This document shows, one piece after another, positions 35,152 through 47,570 of a stretch of DNA of 64,000 nucleotides. Positions within the stretch are counted from its first letter, which is position 1, and each line of letters starts with the position of its first letter. The notes beneath the pieces are model-generated. The model was not told where the DNA came from. It saw nothing but the letters and a program-made list of their open reading frames with translations, and searched no databases. The position numbers and the translations under genes were made by a program. This DNA is from Lepidodermella squamata (Eukaryota; Animalia; Gastrotricha): assembly GCA_047495785.1 (NCBI GenBank), contig JBLDXI010000015.1, positions 3,782,001 to 3,846,000 on the forward strand. The letters run 5' to 3'.

Positions 35152-38100
35152 ATGATAGGTGCTTTGAATGAAAGCGTGCTGCTCGACGAAGCATTGGAAG
35201 GCCTTTCAACTAATCATGTTGCCCCATTTTCTGGCGACGGCAGTGGCGAGCAGCCGATTGAAGATTCTGACCATGATCACCGCAATCCGTCAGATTACAA
35301 CAGCGGATTTTTATCATTCGTCATCCTCAACGTATGGGCGACCTTTAGCAATATTATTGTCCTAATTGTTATGGGCCGGTCGCGATCACTTCGCCGCAGT
35401 TTCGGCTGCGTTATTATAAGCCTTTCACTAACTGACTTGCTCATTTCACTCATCATCACTCCTATGGCAATTTATTACTACGTGAGGATTATTATGAATT
35501 TTTTGGAATTTATTTATATAATATTCATTTATTAGTACAACTGCGCTAGTTGGCATTTTGGTACAGCGGCCTGTGTTGTTTGGGTGACGGTTAATGTCTT
35601 TCTAGTCACGGCCTCGATTTGTCACCATTGCGCGATAGCTGTCAATCGTTATCTTGCTGTAGCTCGTCCTCATAGCCACAACCAGATCAAAATTGCTACA
35701 ACAGAAGGGGTAATTTTCCGACTATTTTTCTTGATTAAGCTGGAATTTTTAAAAAATTCTGTTAGTTTTCATTGTAAAAAGTCATGTTCTCATTCATCGA
35801 AAAAATGACGTAAACCAATTTTTTTAGCTTGTTTATCGAGTGATACTGCCGTCATGGTCGGTCGGTTTCCTATTCGCCACGGTTCTCGGAGTTCAAGGCG
35901 CAATCTGGCCATCGATCGTCGTAACGGAAATTCCGCCCTCTGCCAACACAGCGTGGCGAACAATTTTAACTTGCGGGGTCGTCGATCGCCCGATCGCTAT
36001 CTATACATCGATCGCATCGCTGGTGCCCCTCGCGCTCACACTTATCGCCAACGTGGGGTCTATATTAATTTTACGAGAACGGTTGAAGCATCGCGAAACG
36101 CTGCACCGCAACATGATTGCTCTTGGAACAAAGCCTCTGAAGCGAGATTCAATTTTCGCAGCCGCTGCTTTATCATCGATGCATTCGCTGAACAGTGAAT
36201 ACGCTATGAATCCGAGCAGTGATCAAACGTTGGAATCCAGCCAAACTCTGCTCACAATAGCTAATCAATCCGCCACTCGGGAGATGGGAGTGATTATTAA
36301 TCTCGACAGTTTACCGCCGGTGGTTAAGCCAGCAGGCGAACCTCCTCATCCTAACCACAACTCACCGTGGAGTTTCCGCAAGCTCAGCAATTTTATCGAC
36401 ATATACCTGGTTAGTTTTATATGATCATTCCTATCACTCAAATTTCAAAAAAAGAACTGTCCCATTTGCTTAGAAATTGAAGTCCAAGGTAATGAAATGA
36501 GCGCACCGGATAAATTGAAATCGACTTCCGACTTCCGAGGGTCGAATAAAAAATATTATATACGCACTTCCGATGCAGAATGATTTAATAGAATGCTCAC
36601 TGGCGCATGAATTTTTTTATTTTTTTCAATGATTCTTAATTTCAAATTCACTCGAAACTGGGTTAAAAAGTTGAATTTTTATTTTTATCATAGAATGAGA
36701 CCGATGGTTACACAGAGTCGAGTGCGCGCAAGAAAATGTCGCTTCGAAAGCGGTTAACTATGGCCAGGGGTCGAAGGTCACATCGAGCCTTCAAACCGTC
36801 AGTTCAAGCATCTCGTCAAACATCTATCGAAGAAGAAGAGAGCGGATTTCACAGCGAACTATCCCGTCCATCTACGCTGTCAATGCCGTCCAATTCTTCA
36901 TTCAGCAATCTTCAACATCCAATCGACAGGCGGTTTTCGGGAATTTCGGTAACTAAAAAGATGCCGAAGTCGATTCTATCGAAAAAGCGAAGTTCGTCCC
37001 TTGACACTTCCTTCGACGCGCAACCGCCTATTAACTGCCAGGCGACTATGGAGTGTATCCACGAGGACGATTTTGAGGCAGAATCTTCCGTAATAGATTC
37101 AGAATCGATGTCACCTCATAACAAGCCGCGTGCACCTTGTTCATGCAAACGTACGCCTAGCTCGGCAACTTTCGTTTCTATGACTTCGGCTCTGTACAAC
37201 GATAATTATAAATCTTACCAGGACGATTTAGCGCTGCTTTCGTCAAAGTCAACGCTGTTTCACTCGAGTTATTTCGACGACGATAGTGACGACAGCAGCG
37301 ATAATGACAGCGATTTCTGCTCGGGCGAAAGCCAGCATCATCACCAAAATCATAATATACTTCGAAAACACAGCGATTACCGGAAAAATCAGCCTAATTA
37401 TCATTTTGGCTGGACTGCGAGTCGAAATCGTAAACGCGCTTTCAGTGTTGACCTACCGCTGCAATACATTTTCGCGCAAAAAGCTCCTTTGGCGAAATTC
37501 GAGAGCAAATCGACATTTTCGATTGATAAAATCGAGAAAATTCCTCCTTTGATAATACATCAAGATTCTATTGATTCTGAGCCAAATCCCAAGTTATTCT
37601 TGCGGAAAGGTTCTTCCAAAAAATCCCTTGATCGATGTAACAACGCCCAGTCACCAGAACCACGCAAAGGTCTTTTGGAAGTAATATCCCAAAGACGGAT
37701 GTCTACAATTATGACTAACCAGAGGTCGTTTGATTCAACTTACGGTTCGCTGGCGACGACCCGAGTTGCGCTTTTCGAAGATCGCCCATCAAACGATTTA
37801 TCGGCGAAAAGACGTAATTTCGCGCAAAGAAGGTCGTTGAAACTAAGCCCGAACAACTTCAGTCCGAACAACGTCAGCCGAAAGCCAACAATTGTTAGAG
37901 CGTCGAGCCTCAAAACAAGGCGCCAAAGTATAAGAACGGAGGTCCACACTCCATTGGCTAAAACAGCTTCGGGGACTTCAGAATCGAGTGGAACAACAAA
38001 CTATGAAATAACAACCGCAAATATGGTTGATAGCGAGGAATCCAAGGTGGTGATGATTAAGCGGAAATCTGAAGTTGCTGCTAATAGCAATTCGTCAATA

Positions 38101-38605
38101 ATATCGCGAATTTCGCGAAAAACGAACAATCACCGGCGTGAGAATGCGGCGAAGCGGCGGTTCCGCAAGCGAGAAAGACAAGCTGAGCGGGCGCTCATTC
38201 TTGTACTGCTGTTCTTGATCTGCCTATGGGTGCCTTACTTCATTAGCAATATGATAACTGGCATATGTCCGTCATGCATCAGTGAGCCGGTTCACGATTT
38301 CTTTCACATTTTCGCTGTCGGATCAACAGGTGGTTTTTTTGTCAATTTAAGGTGGATTATTTATACTGTAATTTCTGCGTGTTATAGGTGCTATAAATCC
38401 GGTGGTTTACATTTTCGCTAGCCGAGACTTTAAGAAAGCGATGCTGCGGCTGTTCCGCAAACGGAAACGCTTCTCTCACCGGCAAATCAACCTTCAGCGC
38501 GGCTCAACACGTTTCAGCACGGCGACGTCGCTGATTACTGGCGTTCAGAACACCTTCGCGACGAGCGATGACACTGCGACTACAGCACAAACTTCATTCA
38601 GATGA
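35152..38605 (+). CDS. Class A GPCR, 5-HT2-like, copy 3
   Basis: LSLTDLLISLIITP; WVTVNVFLVTASICHHCAIAVNRY; CLWVPYFISNMITGICPSC; STGAINPVVYIFASRDFKKA. Confidence 0.85.
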
Positions 38606-38992
38606 TGAGATTCCCATCATTTTCTCTGAAATGAAATAAATTGAATTCCGACCGTTATATTTCAGCGGCGATTTCAAAAGGCTCAAAAACGTGACATTTT
38701 ATTTTGAAATGTCGGGAAACGTAGTGCAGCATCGTCAAGGAAAACAAACCCAAAGAAATTATAAATAAATTTTTTAAATTCAATTCGTATCACAAACTGC
38801 AAACTTCTTCACAATCAACGATAAAAAGGCTGAGATCGCAGAAAAATTCACAAATCAGAGTGGCACTAGGGGTAGAAAACGAGTTAAAAATTAAAATGAG
38901 CGTAAAAATTTTGACACTTTCGTATAAAAGCAACTCGAGGCACTGAGTGCTGGATACTGGAAAACTTGAGAGAAAAACGTTGCTGTTTCAAT

Positions 38993-41900
38993 TCACTGAG
39001 CGTGTAATTTGCCGTCATCGCCAATTATGAAAGTCGGCGTTCGGCTTGGCACGGTGAGTTCGGCCGCGGTTGCGCGTCGCATTATCGGCTTTTTCGGCCC
39101 AATGGGCGCCGTTGAGCTGAGATTGGCAGGAGCACTTGGCCTAACGAGTGGCGACGGGGTTGCGATCGGTTCGCGGCGCGTTGAAGCCAGAGCGGATAAA
39201 TCGACTGTAAATCGCCGGTTCGCGCTACCCGGGCGCTGGAAAGGTTCCGGCGAGGGCACCCCGCCCGAGGCAGACTCACTATCGAACGTATCATCTGCAA
39301 ATAAATAATGATTTTTCAAGTTTTTTCGAAATATTTCATCATTCAAATGAAATTTAAGGATAACACTTATTTCCGTTTCTCATTGATAAACGGGAGAAAC
39401 TCGATTGTAAGAGTCTTAATCGCTCCATTTTGAGGTTTCAGAACTAATTTTTCCCATTTTTTTGAAACTTTTCAATGTTGGCTTCCGATCATATCGGAAA
39501 AATCACTTATTTGTAAAATCGATACTTGCTCAGAAGGCTGAAATAATACTCGAAAAACGAGTAATAGTGGGATCTATGGGCTAAATTGCCAAAACGAGAA
39601 AACGAGAAACTTGAAAACTAATGTTTTATATTTTGGGAAAATTTATGCATTAAGCATATTTTTTACGATTGATAGAGCTCCAGTTATCATTCATTTCCAT
39701 TCGAAAGATTAGACATCAATTTAATCGATATTAAAACTCACCATTATAATCTGAGATGGATCTACTGCTAAGCCGGCCCCTATTCGGTGTAGTTGGCTTG
39801 CTTTGAGCTGGAGCAGATTCATCACTTTCACTCTCTCGCCTCTCGTAATACTGCGGCAAATCAGGCACAGTTCCTAGGGTCGGCGAAACTTTCTCCCCGC
39901 CATCCTCTCTTCTATTCATCCCAGACGCCATAGACATGGCATGTTCAATCTCAGGCTCGGGCTCGTCGTTTTCTTCCACCCTGGAGAACGGCGTAGTCAA
40001 CTGCGCAACAGTGTGTCGTCTCGCCATCGAAACAGTCGGTTTGTTAACAACGTAAGTTGTTTTCAAGGAAGACGGCGGCTTTGGCTTTTCAACAATAGTA
40101 CCCGGGGCAGATTTCGTCCGGCTTAAACTTGGTTTCAATTCCTTTTCCGGTTTCTCATCAATTTGTTGATGCCGCTGGCTGGTGGTAGTAGTAGTAGTAC
40201 CCGATGCGATTTGCAGCTGTTTCATCAGAAATTTAGCCATCGCCTCGGCAACCATGTCCTCTAGCAAATCGGGCGGTTGATTGACCAGGGTTGATACATC
40301 ATCTTGACTGGCAATGCTATTCCGGGCAGAAATTATACGAACACTCTTGCCCTGTTGCGGTTTGTTATCGTCATAAACAACAGCCGTTCCTTCAGTATTC
40401 ACGCCAATAGTGTTAGTCGCCGCGGCTGGTTTCTTCGACAATTTCGACTTCCGTCTTCGGCGTTTCGTGACCACGGGCACTTCGATAACTGAAATTATAG
40501 AAAAATGTGTGATTAGGCTTGATCTCGACTGAAAATCGTAATTTCTCCCCGAGATTGATTACTTTCACTATTCAATTTTGCAGGTAATTTAGACTGATAA
40601 TCGAATTAAAATCGATAACCAAAAATAGGAAAACCTGCGAATAAGACGATTTTTTTTAAGATGGATCAACTTACTTTTTTCGACAACTTTCGGCCGCGAT
40701 TTCCCGAGGTACCAAAACGGGACAGGCGGCGGCGATGGAGTTATGCCTCGAGGGACCCTTGCCAGCGGGGTTTGACGTCGCCAGCTGTGTCGCCGTCTTC
40801 GGGTCGGCTGGGTCACCTCGCAACTAGGCTGCGTGTAACACCGTTTCACTCGTTCACACTCCTCGCGAGACACCGGCCTCGGGTAGTAGGGCGACGGAGA
40901 TCGCAGCCCGGACCGCAAAAATCGGCATTTGACCGAAAAACAGTTTTTACCATGCCGGCATTGTTGGTAGGAATTGCCGCGTTCGATCACGTATTCGCGA
41001 TTCGTTGGGCTTTTACTGCGACTCCGGCCGCGTCGTCTAACCGGCCCACTTTGGCACGCCTTGTCGATTTGGCGACGGAAAGTTACAATCGGCGAAGATC
41101 GATTCATCATTTCCGGCGAGGATACCGGGCTCATTCGATCACTCCTCGCGACTCGCCGCGATTCAACTTCAAGCTGATCGAAATGATAGGGCGAACAACG
41201 AAAACGGGTCGGTTCGTGGATGATAACTTGCTCATTTCTATCGTAATCAACCTCTTCATCGTCGTAATCGTAATTTTTAGGCGGCTTTTTCGAGTCAATC
41301 AAATCGGATATTTGTTCCGCAAATTTTTTACTATTAGCCAAATTAGCAGGCTCAGAAATCATTACACCGCTCTTAGCTACTATTTTTTCCTCTTTGGCCG
41401 GCAAATTTTCCATTGAAGCGAGAGACACGTCGACGTTGAAGCTGGAAAAACCAGGCTTGAAATTTTCATTCGCCTCACTTTTCGGGCCTAAATAGTACAA
41501 TCGAACGTCGATTTTAGCTTCACCGCAAACATTAAGGTGGTTGCGGCTGTAGAATGGTACCACGTGTTGTGTAGCCTCGGCGCAACACGGGCGCTGGAAG
41601 CCGAATCGTTTCGCTTTCAGCTGAAGCTCTTCGAAAATCGGAACCATATCCAACGAGGCCATAGCTTTTACGCTAGGCACCACACTTCCGTAAAATTCAA
41701 GTAACACAACATATAGCAGGCGTGACGTAGTAGAGAAGGCGTGTTGAAGCTGGTCAAAAGTTGCGTCGAATAGGCAAGACTTGCCAGATTTGAAAGAGTA
41801 TGCGTTTTTCTGTGATTGAAGCGTCGTCAAGAGAACGGCTTCATCTGCGCATCGAAGAACAGGAATTCTATCGGGCGGAACCAAATCGACGACTTGCATT

Positions 41901-42013
41901 GGAAAATTTAGAAAACGGAAGGCAACCGCCGGAATTACGACGATTTCTTTACGATCGTCGACATGGATCGAGTCGACAATCACGTCTAGAGCGAATAGGT
42001 CGGAAGAAGTCAT
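38993..42013 (-). CDS. MAP10: MAP10 (KIAA1383)-like microtubule-associated protein
   Basis: N-terminus LFALDVIVD...PAVAFRFLNFP...FKSGKSCLF matches the MAP10 N-terminal motif. Three exons (~42013-40636, 40489-39741, 39295-38993) with a disordered S/R-rich tail. Confidence 0.7.
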
Positions 42014-42399
42014 CGGAAGACAATGTCAAAATATAAAAATATTCGCTCTAAAGAATGAAAAAAAAACATTGAAAAATTTACTGAAATATCAGCTTTTCTT
42101 TTCCAAATCGGCACCTTGATTTAGGCAGGTTATTGTCCACATAATATTTTAGCAGTTTTCGTATAAGCACATGATATTTTTATATACCCATAAATCAATT
42201 ATTTGCATGTGTTTAGTAAACAAAAAACCGGCTCATGAAGGGAAAAGGTCACCTTTTCAGGAATAAAAGGAAGAGCACACGAGTATGGAAACAACTTATG
42301 CATTTCTTTAGCAGCGATTGCAATCAAGTAAATAATATAATATTATATCCTCACGAGAAAAAATATAGACACTAGGTTTCTAGCTAAATCTCAATTTTA

Positions 42400-45300
42400 T
42401 CAGCTGACGGGACATTCGACATAATCGGTACCGGCAATTGTAGGCACCGAAAACGCATATAGGGCTGAAAAATAGAAAATTAAAATTCCACCTTAAAATT
42501 TATTTGCTTTACTCACCTGCTCTCGATAGGTATGTCAGAGTGCCGAAACGACCAGATGGGGCCGAATCGTAGAAATAAGCGCAAATGCCGGCTGGTCCGT
42601 GGCAAATCGGCGACGATTCGCGATTCGTTCGACGGCGGTAGTTGCTGCCGAAGTTAGCGCAACAAGACTTTGCCGCGCCGCCTTCAATCGCGCTCTGTTC
42701 CTCCAGGAACAAATCATTCGCAGCCGCTATGACACGATCAACATGAATTGTGCCGTGGAACATGATCAAACCATGGTCGTTTTCGGATAACGTCGCCAGA
42801 CTCGATAGAGCCTCGACGAAAAGTTGACGGTAGTTCGGGTCAGGCACACGATTTAAGGCGGCTTCAACGTGCAACGCAAATTTCAGTTCGTGTTGCGTCA
42901 TTTCTCGAGTTAGAGAAGACGGAATATGTCTATCGAAGACTACTATACCCTCGCAACGTTCCAACAACCGCCAAACACTGGCGTAAAATCCGATCGGGAC
43001 TCGATTAAGGGAGCCGTCAAGACGCCGCCGCCGGAACCATTGGCCATGGCGGTAGACTTCGCCAACGTCCATTTCTTCCTCGGATTGGCCGTCCTTCCCG
43101 TCGTCTGTTGATGCGTTGCTGAGCGTGCGTTCAAAGGCGAAAACTGAGGGTAGGCGATCGCCACTCCTGTCGACGCCCTTATCCGGGCCCGGGCTGTTCG
43201 CCTGTGAGAAACTGTGTTCGCCCGCCAGTTCTTTCGCGAAATGAGACGCCTGGCGCGCGAAGGAACGTTTCGAAGCGCGACTAGTCACCATTTGGCCGAC
43301 GGACATGCTCGACGCGGCGCGCATGCTCTTGTCGCTCGGGGCCAGTTCGGAGCCGGACAGCACTCGAGATAGCAGGGTTTTCATTTGAAACGGACTCAGG
43401 TTGAACAGGTGCTCGGTCGCCTCCTCAGGCGTACACGACATCATAGCACCCAGCTCGCTAGCCATGACCTAAAAAATTACGTTGTTAATAAAACGAAAAG
43501 AAGGAAAGGGAATATTTAAATAGAACCACATTTTATATCCGATAAAAAATTTGACCGCTAACAATTAAAAAACGATAATTTTTCGAATTTTTCGAATTTC
43601 CTAGAAAAGCGCAAGTGTTTGGCTTGAAAATGAGCGATTCTTAGCTTTCCCCAAGCCATGAACAAATTGTTCAAGTAAATATTAAAATTTCCAGTTTTAG
43701 ACCGTTGGGATGTTCCAATCCTCCTTAAACAGAGAAAATCATTATTTAGCCGATAAGTCCAACTGTTTCAGATTGATGCGAAGCAACTAGCATAACTATT
43801 GGAACTTATGAATATCTAGTGAAATTTCTCACATCAGAATAAGAACTTCAAATAAAATCGACTGAGACCTAAAAATAGCTAAATATTTGAAAGGTGAGGC
43901 TATGTTCAGCATCAGTTGATAATTCATCAACTGATGCTGAAAATGGAAACTTTTTAGGGCGGTTTTTTAATTTCAATTCGCGCTCTTTAGCTTAGAAGCC
44001 CATTTTCACCCATAGCAAGGCTGATGGTTAATAGCTTCGTTTTGATATCGACTCAATTCAAGTTTATTGAAACCTTGAAATTGCTTCAAACTTTTTCATT
44101 CAATTATTTTCGACCGAAAAAAAGATAAAATAGGATCCTAAAAATGAAAATTACCTGTGTAATAAGACCGATGCGAATGCGCAACATGTTGCTGAAAAGC
44201 CGAGGTTCGCTCTTCATAAGCATCGAAAGGTCGACTATCAATTCTTGGGTGATAACCGTCAATGTCGGATCGCCATTGCAAGTCGATCGAATCAACGCCT
44301 CGAGTTCATCCGGCGGTAACGGGGTGGTCACTACTTTTTCGCTGGGTTCAGGTGGTAGACCGATTGTCACCTGTTTTCCGCGGACCAATACGTCGGTTAG
44401 ACATTTGGCGAGGTCATCGGGGCGACGGCGCAATACCCCGGCGGCGTGACGAACCAGCCACCACTCGCGGGTCTCCGACGCGCGGTCACCCAGTTCAGCG
44501 ACCAGGTCTTTGACCGGGCAGCCAAACGGCGTCGGCCAGTCGAGACCTTTGGCCAGGTACAAACAATGAATCAAATCGGCTTGTTCGTGAAGATTGCTCG
44601 TTTCACGCAGAGATTCAATCAGCTCATTGATATCACTTTGCAACGCGAGTTGGATGGCTCCGATCGAACTGGGTGACGGGTGCATGGTGACTAACAGATT
44701 CGACGGGCGGGCTCGAGGGGTTGTAGCCAGTGGCGAATTAGCTATGTCGGAACAACTCGCCGACACCACCATACCGCCTTGGGGTGAGCAGGAAGACGGC
44801 CTGGCTAATCGCTGCATAGGCACCCCGCCATGATGCTCGACCGTACTGATAAACTCATCCAAACTCAATTCGGTCAGGGGCACAAATGCGGCTATCGACG
44901 GGTCTAGGGTGGTATTGATGTTGTCTTTTCTTGAATTCGGGGTCGTTCGGTCGTTGTCACCGGGTAAGAACTCGGCCGATGCCGGGCGCAAATTCGGCGT
45001 TGGGTACACAGATTGGCGCCGCTTTGACACGATACCAGCGACGCGTTTCGCCGTCATCGACATGCGCCGGCCCACATCGCGAATCGAATGCTCGGTATCA
45101 TTCAACTTGCTGTCATCCTGAGACTCGGCAACAATCGACGACAGCCTAGCAACAGGGTGGTGGGATGAGTGCAGCTGAATGAAGCGATCTAGCGACTGCT
45201 TCGAAAAGTGCTCAGAATGCTCGAGGAAGGACAAACGCGTCACGCAGGACGTTGAAATGAACTGCTTCAGGGTACCAACTTGCACCCGATGACCGCCGAT

Positions 45301-47174
45301 AATACCCGATTGAAGGTTCTGAAGCGCTGATATGAAAATATTTCTCGCCTCATCGGCCTGGTCCAGCAAGCGGTGGTTGATCGTTAGAACAACCGTAGGG
45401 CGCCCGAGCATGGTCCAATTTTTGTTTAAATACGCAACAGTCGTCGTGAATACATCAATGAGAAATTCGTTGTCCAAACCGAGGTAAAACACCTGTTGAT
45501 CGAGGAAACTGGGCGAAAACACGAAAACTTCGTCGTGTAACATATACAGCTTTGACGTAGCAAGCACGCCCAGTTCGTTGGAGGCGCGACCGGACAGGCC
45601 GAGGCGTTTATTTTTCCCCAAATGGGAGTAGAGGTACGAAAGAATTCGGGCGCGATGAACATGAACCGGGGCGGCTTCGTTCAAAGTTTGGCAAACTATG
45701 CCGTGTTGTGCGATTCGTTCTTTGATTTCAAGATCTTCCGCCAGGATAACAACCTGGGTTACAACTTCCGGCCGGGTTTGGCTGATCAATCGGCGGTTAA
45801 GGGGGTCGATCTCTCCGGGTGAAATCAGCCGTTCGTAGACCATTCTCGCGACAATGTACAGCGATTGGCCCCATTTGTGGGGCACTCGGCCGAACGGGTG
45901 GCGGGCCTGCGAGCCCGGGTTAGCCCGTTCAAGAGCGACTAGTTCCGGGTCGACCCGGTACAGCTCCGGTATGACGTCGATGCCGTCATGATGCACAGTT
46001 AGGGCCTCGAGGCGCTTCAACAACTGCCCAGCATCGCTAACATCTCGCTCAATATCGGCTTGATGATCCTCGTTTGAGCAGGCAACGTTATGATCGCCAA
46101 ATAAAGCATCAAGAGCCAAATATGCAAAGAAAATTGGCCACTCGCACTCGATATTCTGAAAAAAAATTAAGTAGGATTTTTCAGTGGAAAAGCGAGATTT
46201 CTTACCTCAAATAGTTTAAGCTCATGAAGTTCGTAGTGAAGCCGATTCGGGTCTTCGAGAGCTGTTTTGTAGCCGTCTCGTAAAAATCGTTTACAGCCAT
46301 GTTTGCCCTCCAATTTTTCGCGAATTTCACGTTTCGTAGCCTCTACAACTTGCCGGTCTTCAACAGCAAAAGCCGGGTAGCCAATGACAGCTAAAACAGC
46401 CGAATCGACCTCTTTCGATAGTGACTCGCGCGGCAACATTGACAACAAAACAGCGTTACACATTGAAGTTTCGTCAGGTAGCGTGTGGATTAAGGAGGCT
46501 GAACCGCCCTGCGCGCCGAATAGATTCAACCCGTCAAGGGAGCGAAGAGCTGCGTGGGCCATACCCACCGAGCTAGCATTCAGCTCAGTCAAACCGTGAT
46601 TCGTCTTATCACCCCGCTCCCAAATACCATAATCAGGAATACGATACGCGGCTTCGATGTAAAATACAAGATTTTGAATGAAAGCAACCTCATCCAAGGT
46701 GCGGATAATCTGAAGGCCGGACGTCGTAGTTTCAGCAAGGATAAGCAGGTACAACGAAACGGCGTCGAGTTGTAAATGGCCCCATTTGTCATCGGCGACA
46801 ATTGGTTGACAAGTCCGGCTGTCGTATTTCGCATGCAGCGAATCAATCGGAGCTTGGGTCACCTTAAATTTCTCCAATTTTTCGCGTTGAAGCATAAAAC
46901 AACGTAAAAGGCCTCGCATCAGCCGGACTACACATTGCTCGAATTCATATGCCTTCGCTCGGTCGACCTCGCTATCGGACGATTTTCGGTAAACGAGGGA
47001 CAGCGCCCACACGGCGAGGATTGAATACACATTATCACGAATCCACGCGTCCGGATTTTTATCGGTGTCAGCTATCAAACCTGTGACAGGGTGCTGCAAC
47101 TCTAGAATAGTTTTTGACACCACCCGGGTGAAATAGGTTATTCGAGCTGACGACGAAGCTGTTCGTCGCCGCAT
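42400..47174 (-). CDS. PHKA: Phosphorylase b kinase regulatory subunit alpha, copy A
   Basis: [52 protein letters not shown]; C-terminal CaaX CPVS*. Exons 47174-46206, 46155-44155, 43468-42517, 42464-42400. Confidence 0.93.
43905..43941. repeat. Perfect 16-bp inverted repeat with a 5-nt loop in a PHKA-A intron
   Basis: TTCAGCATCAGTTGAT aattc ATCAACTGATGCTGAA. Confidence 0.85.
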
Positions 47175-47570
47175 TTTGTCAACACTAGTCCGTCAATTTC
47201 ACTCGATATATCATTCGCTAAGATTTGCCTAAAAAAATTGGAAAAAATTGTTTCATTTCAGTATTTATAATAACGATTTTCATGGTGTTAAGCACCGCTC
47301 GGACGTAAAATAAACGGCAGGGAAACTAAACGTGACGTAACACAAGGGAAGACAAGATAATTTTTGATGGTGTCGTTTGCAATAAATATTAATTCAAGTA
47401 AGAAAAAGACAGCTCACAATATTTTAATTAAAAAACAACAAGTACAAATTTGACAAGCAACTTCGCGTCTACCACAGTCGAAGAAAGAATACTACGGGAT
47501 GGCAAAAAAGCGCAAAATTATATTCAATAGTGATGTCATCATAATCTTCAAATGTACAAAAATAAGGCAA

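Noticed and set aside
40661-41416. 251-aa plus-strand ORF and other long antisense ORFs over PHKA, DHCR24 and MECOM
   Set aside because: They are shadows of GC-richer coding sequence on the opposite strand.
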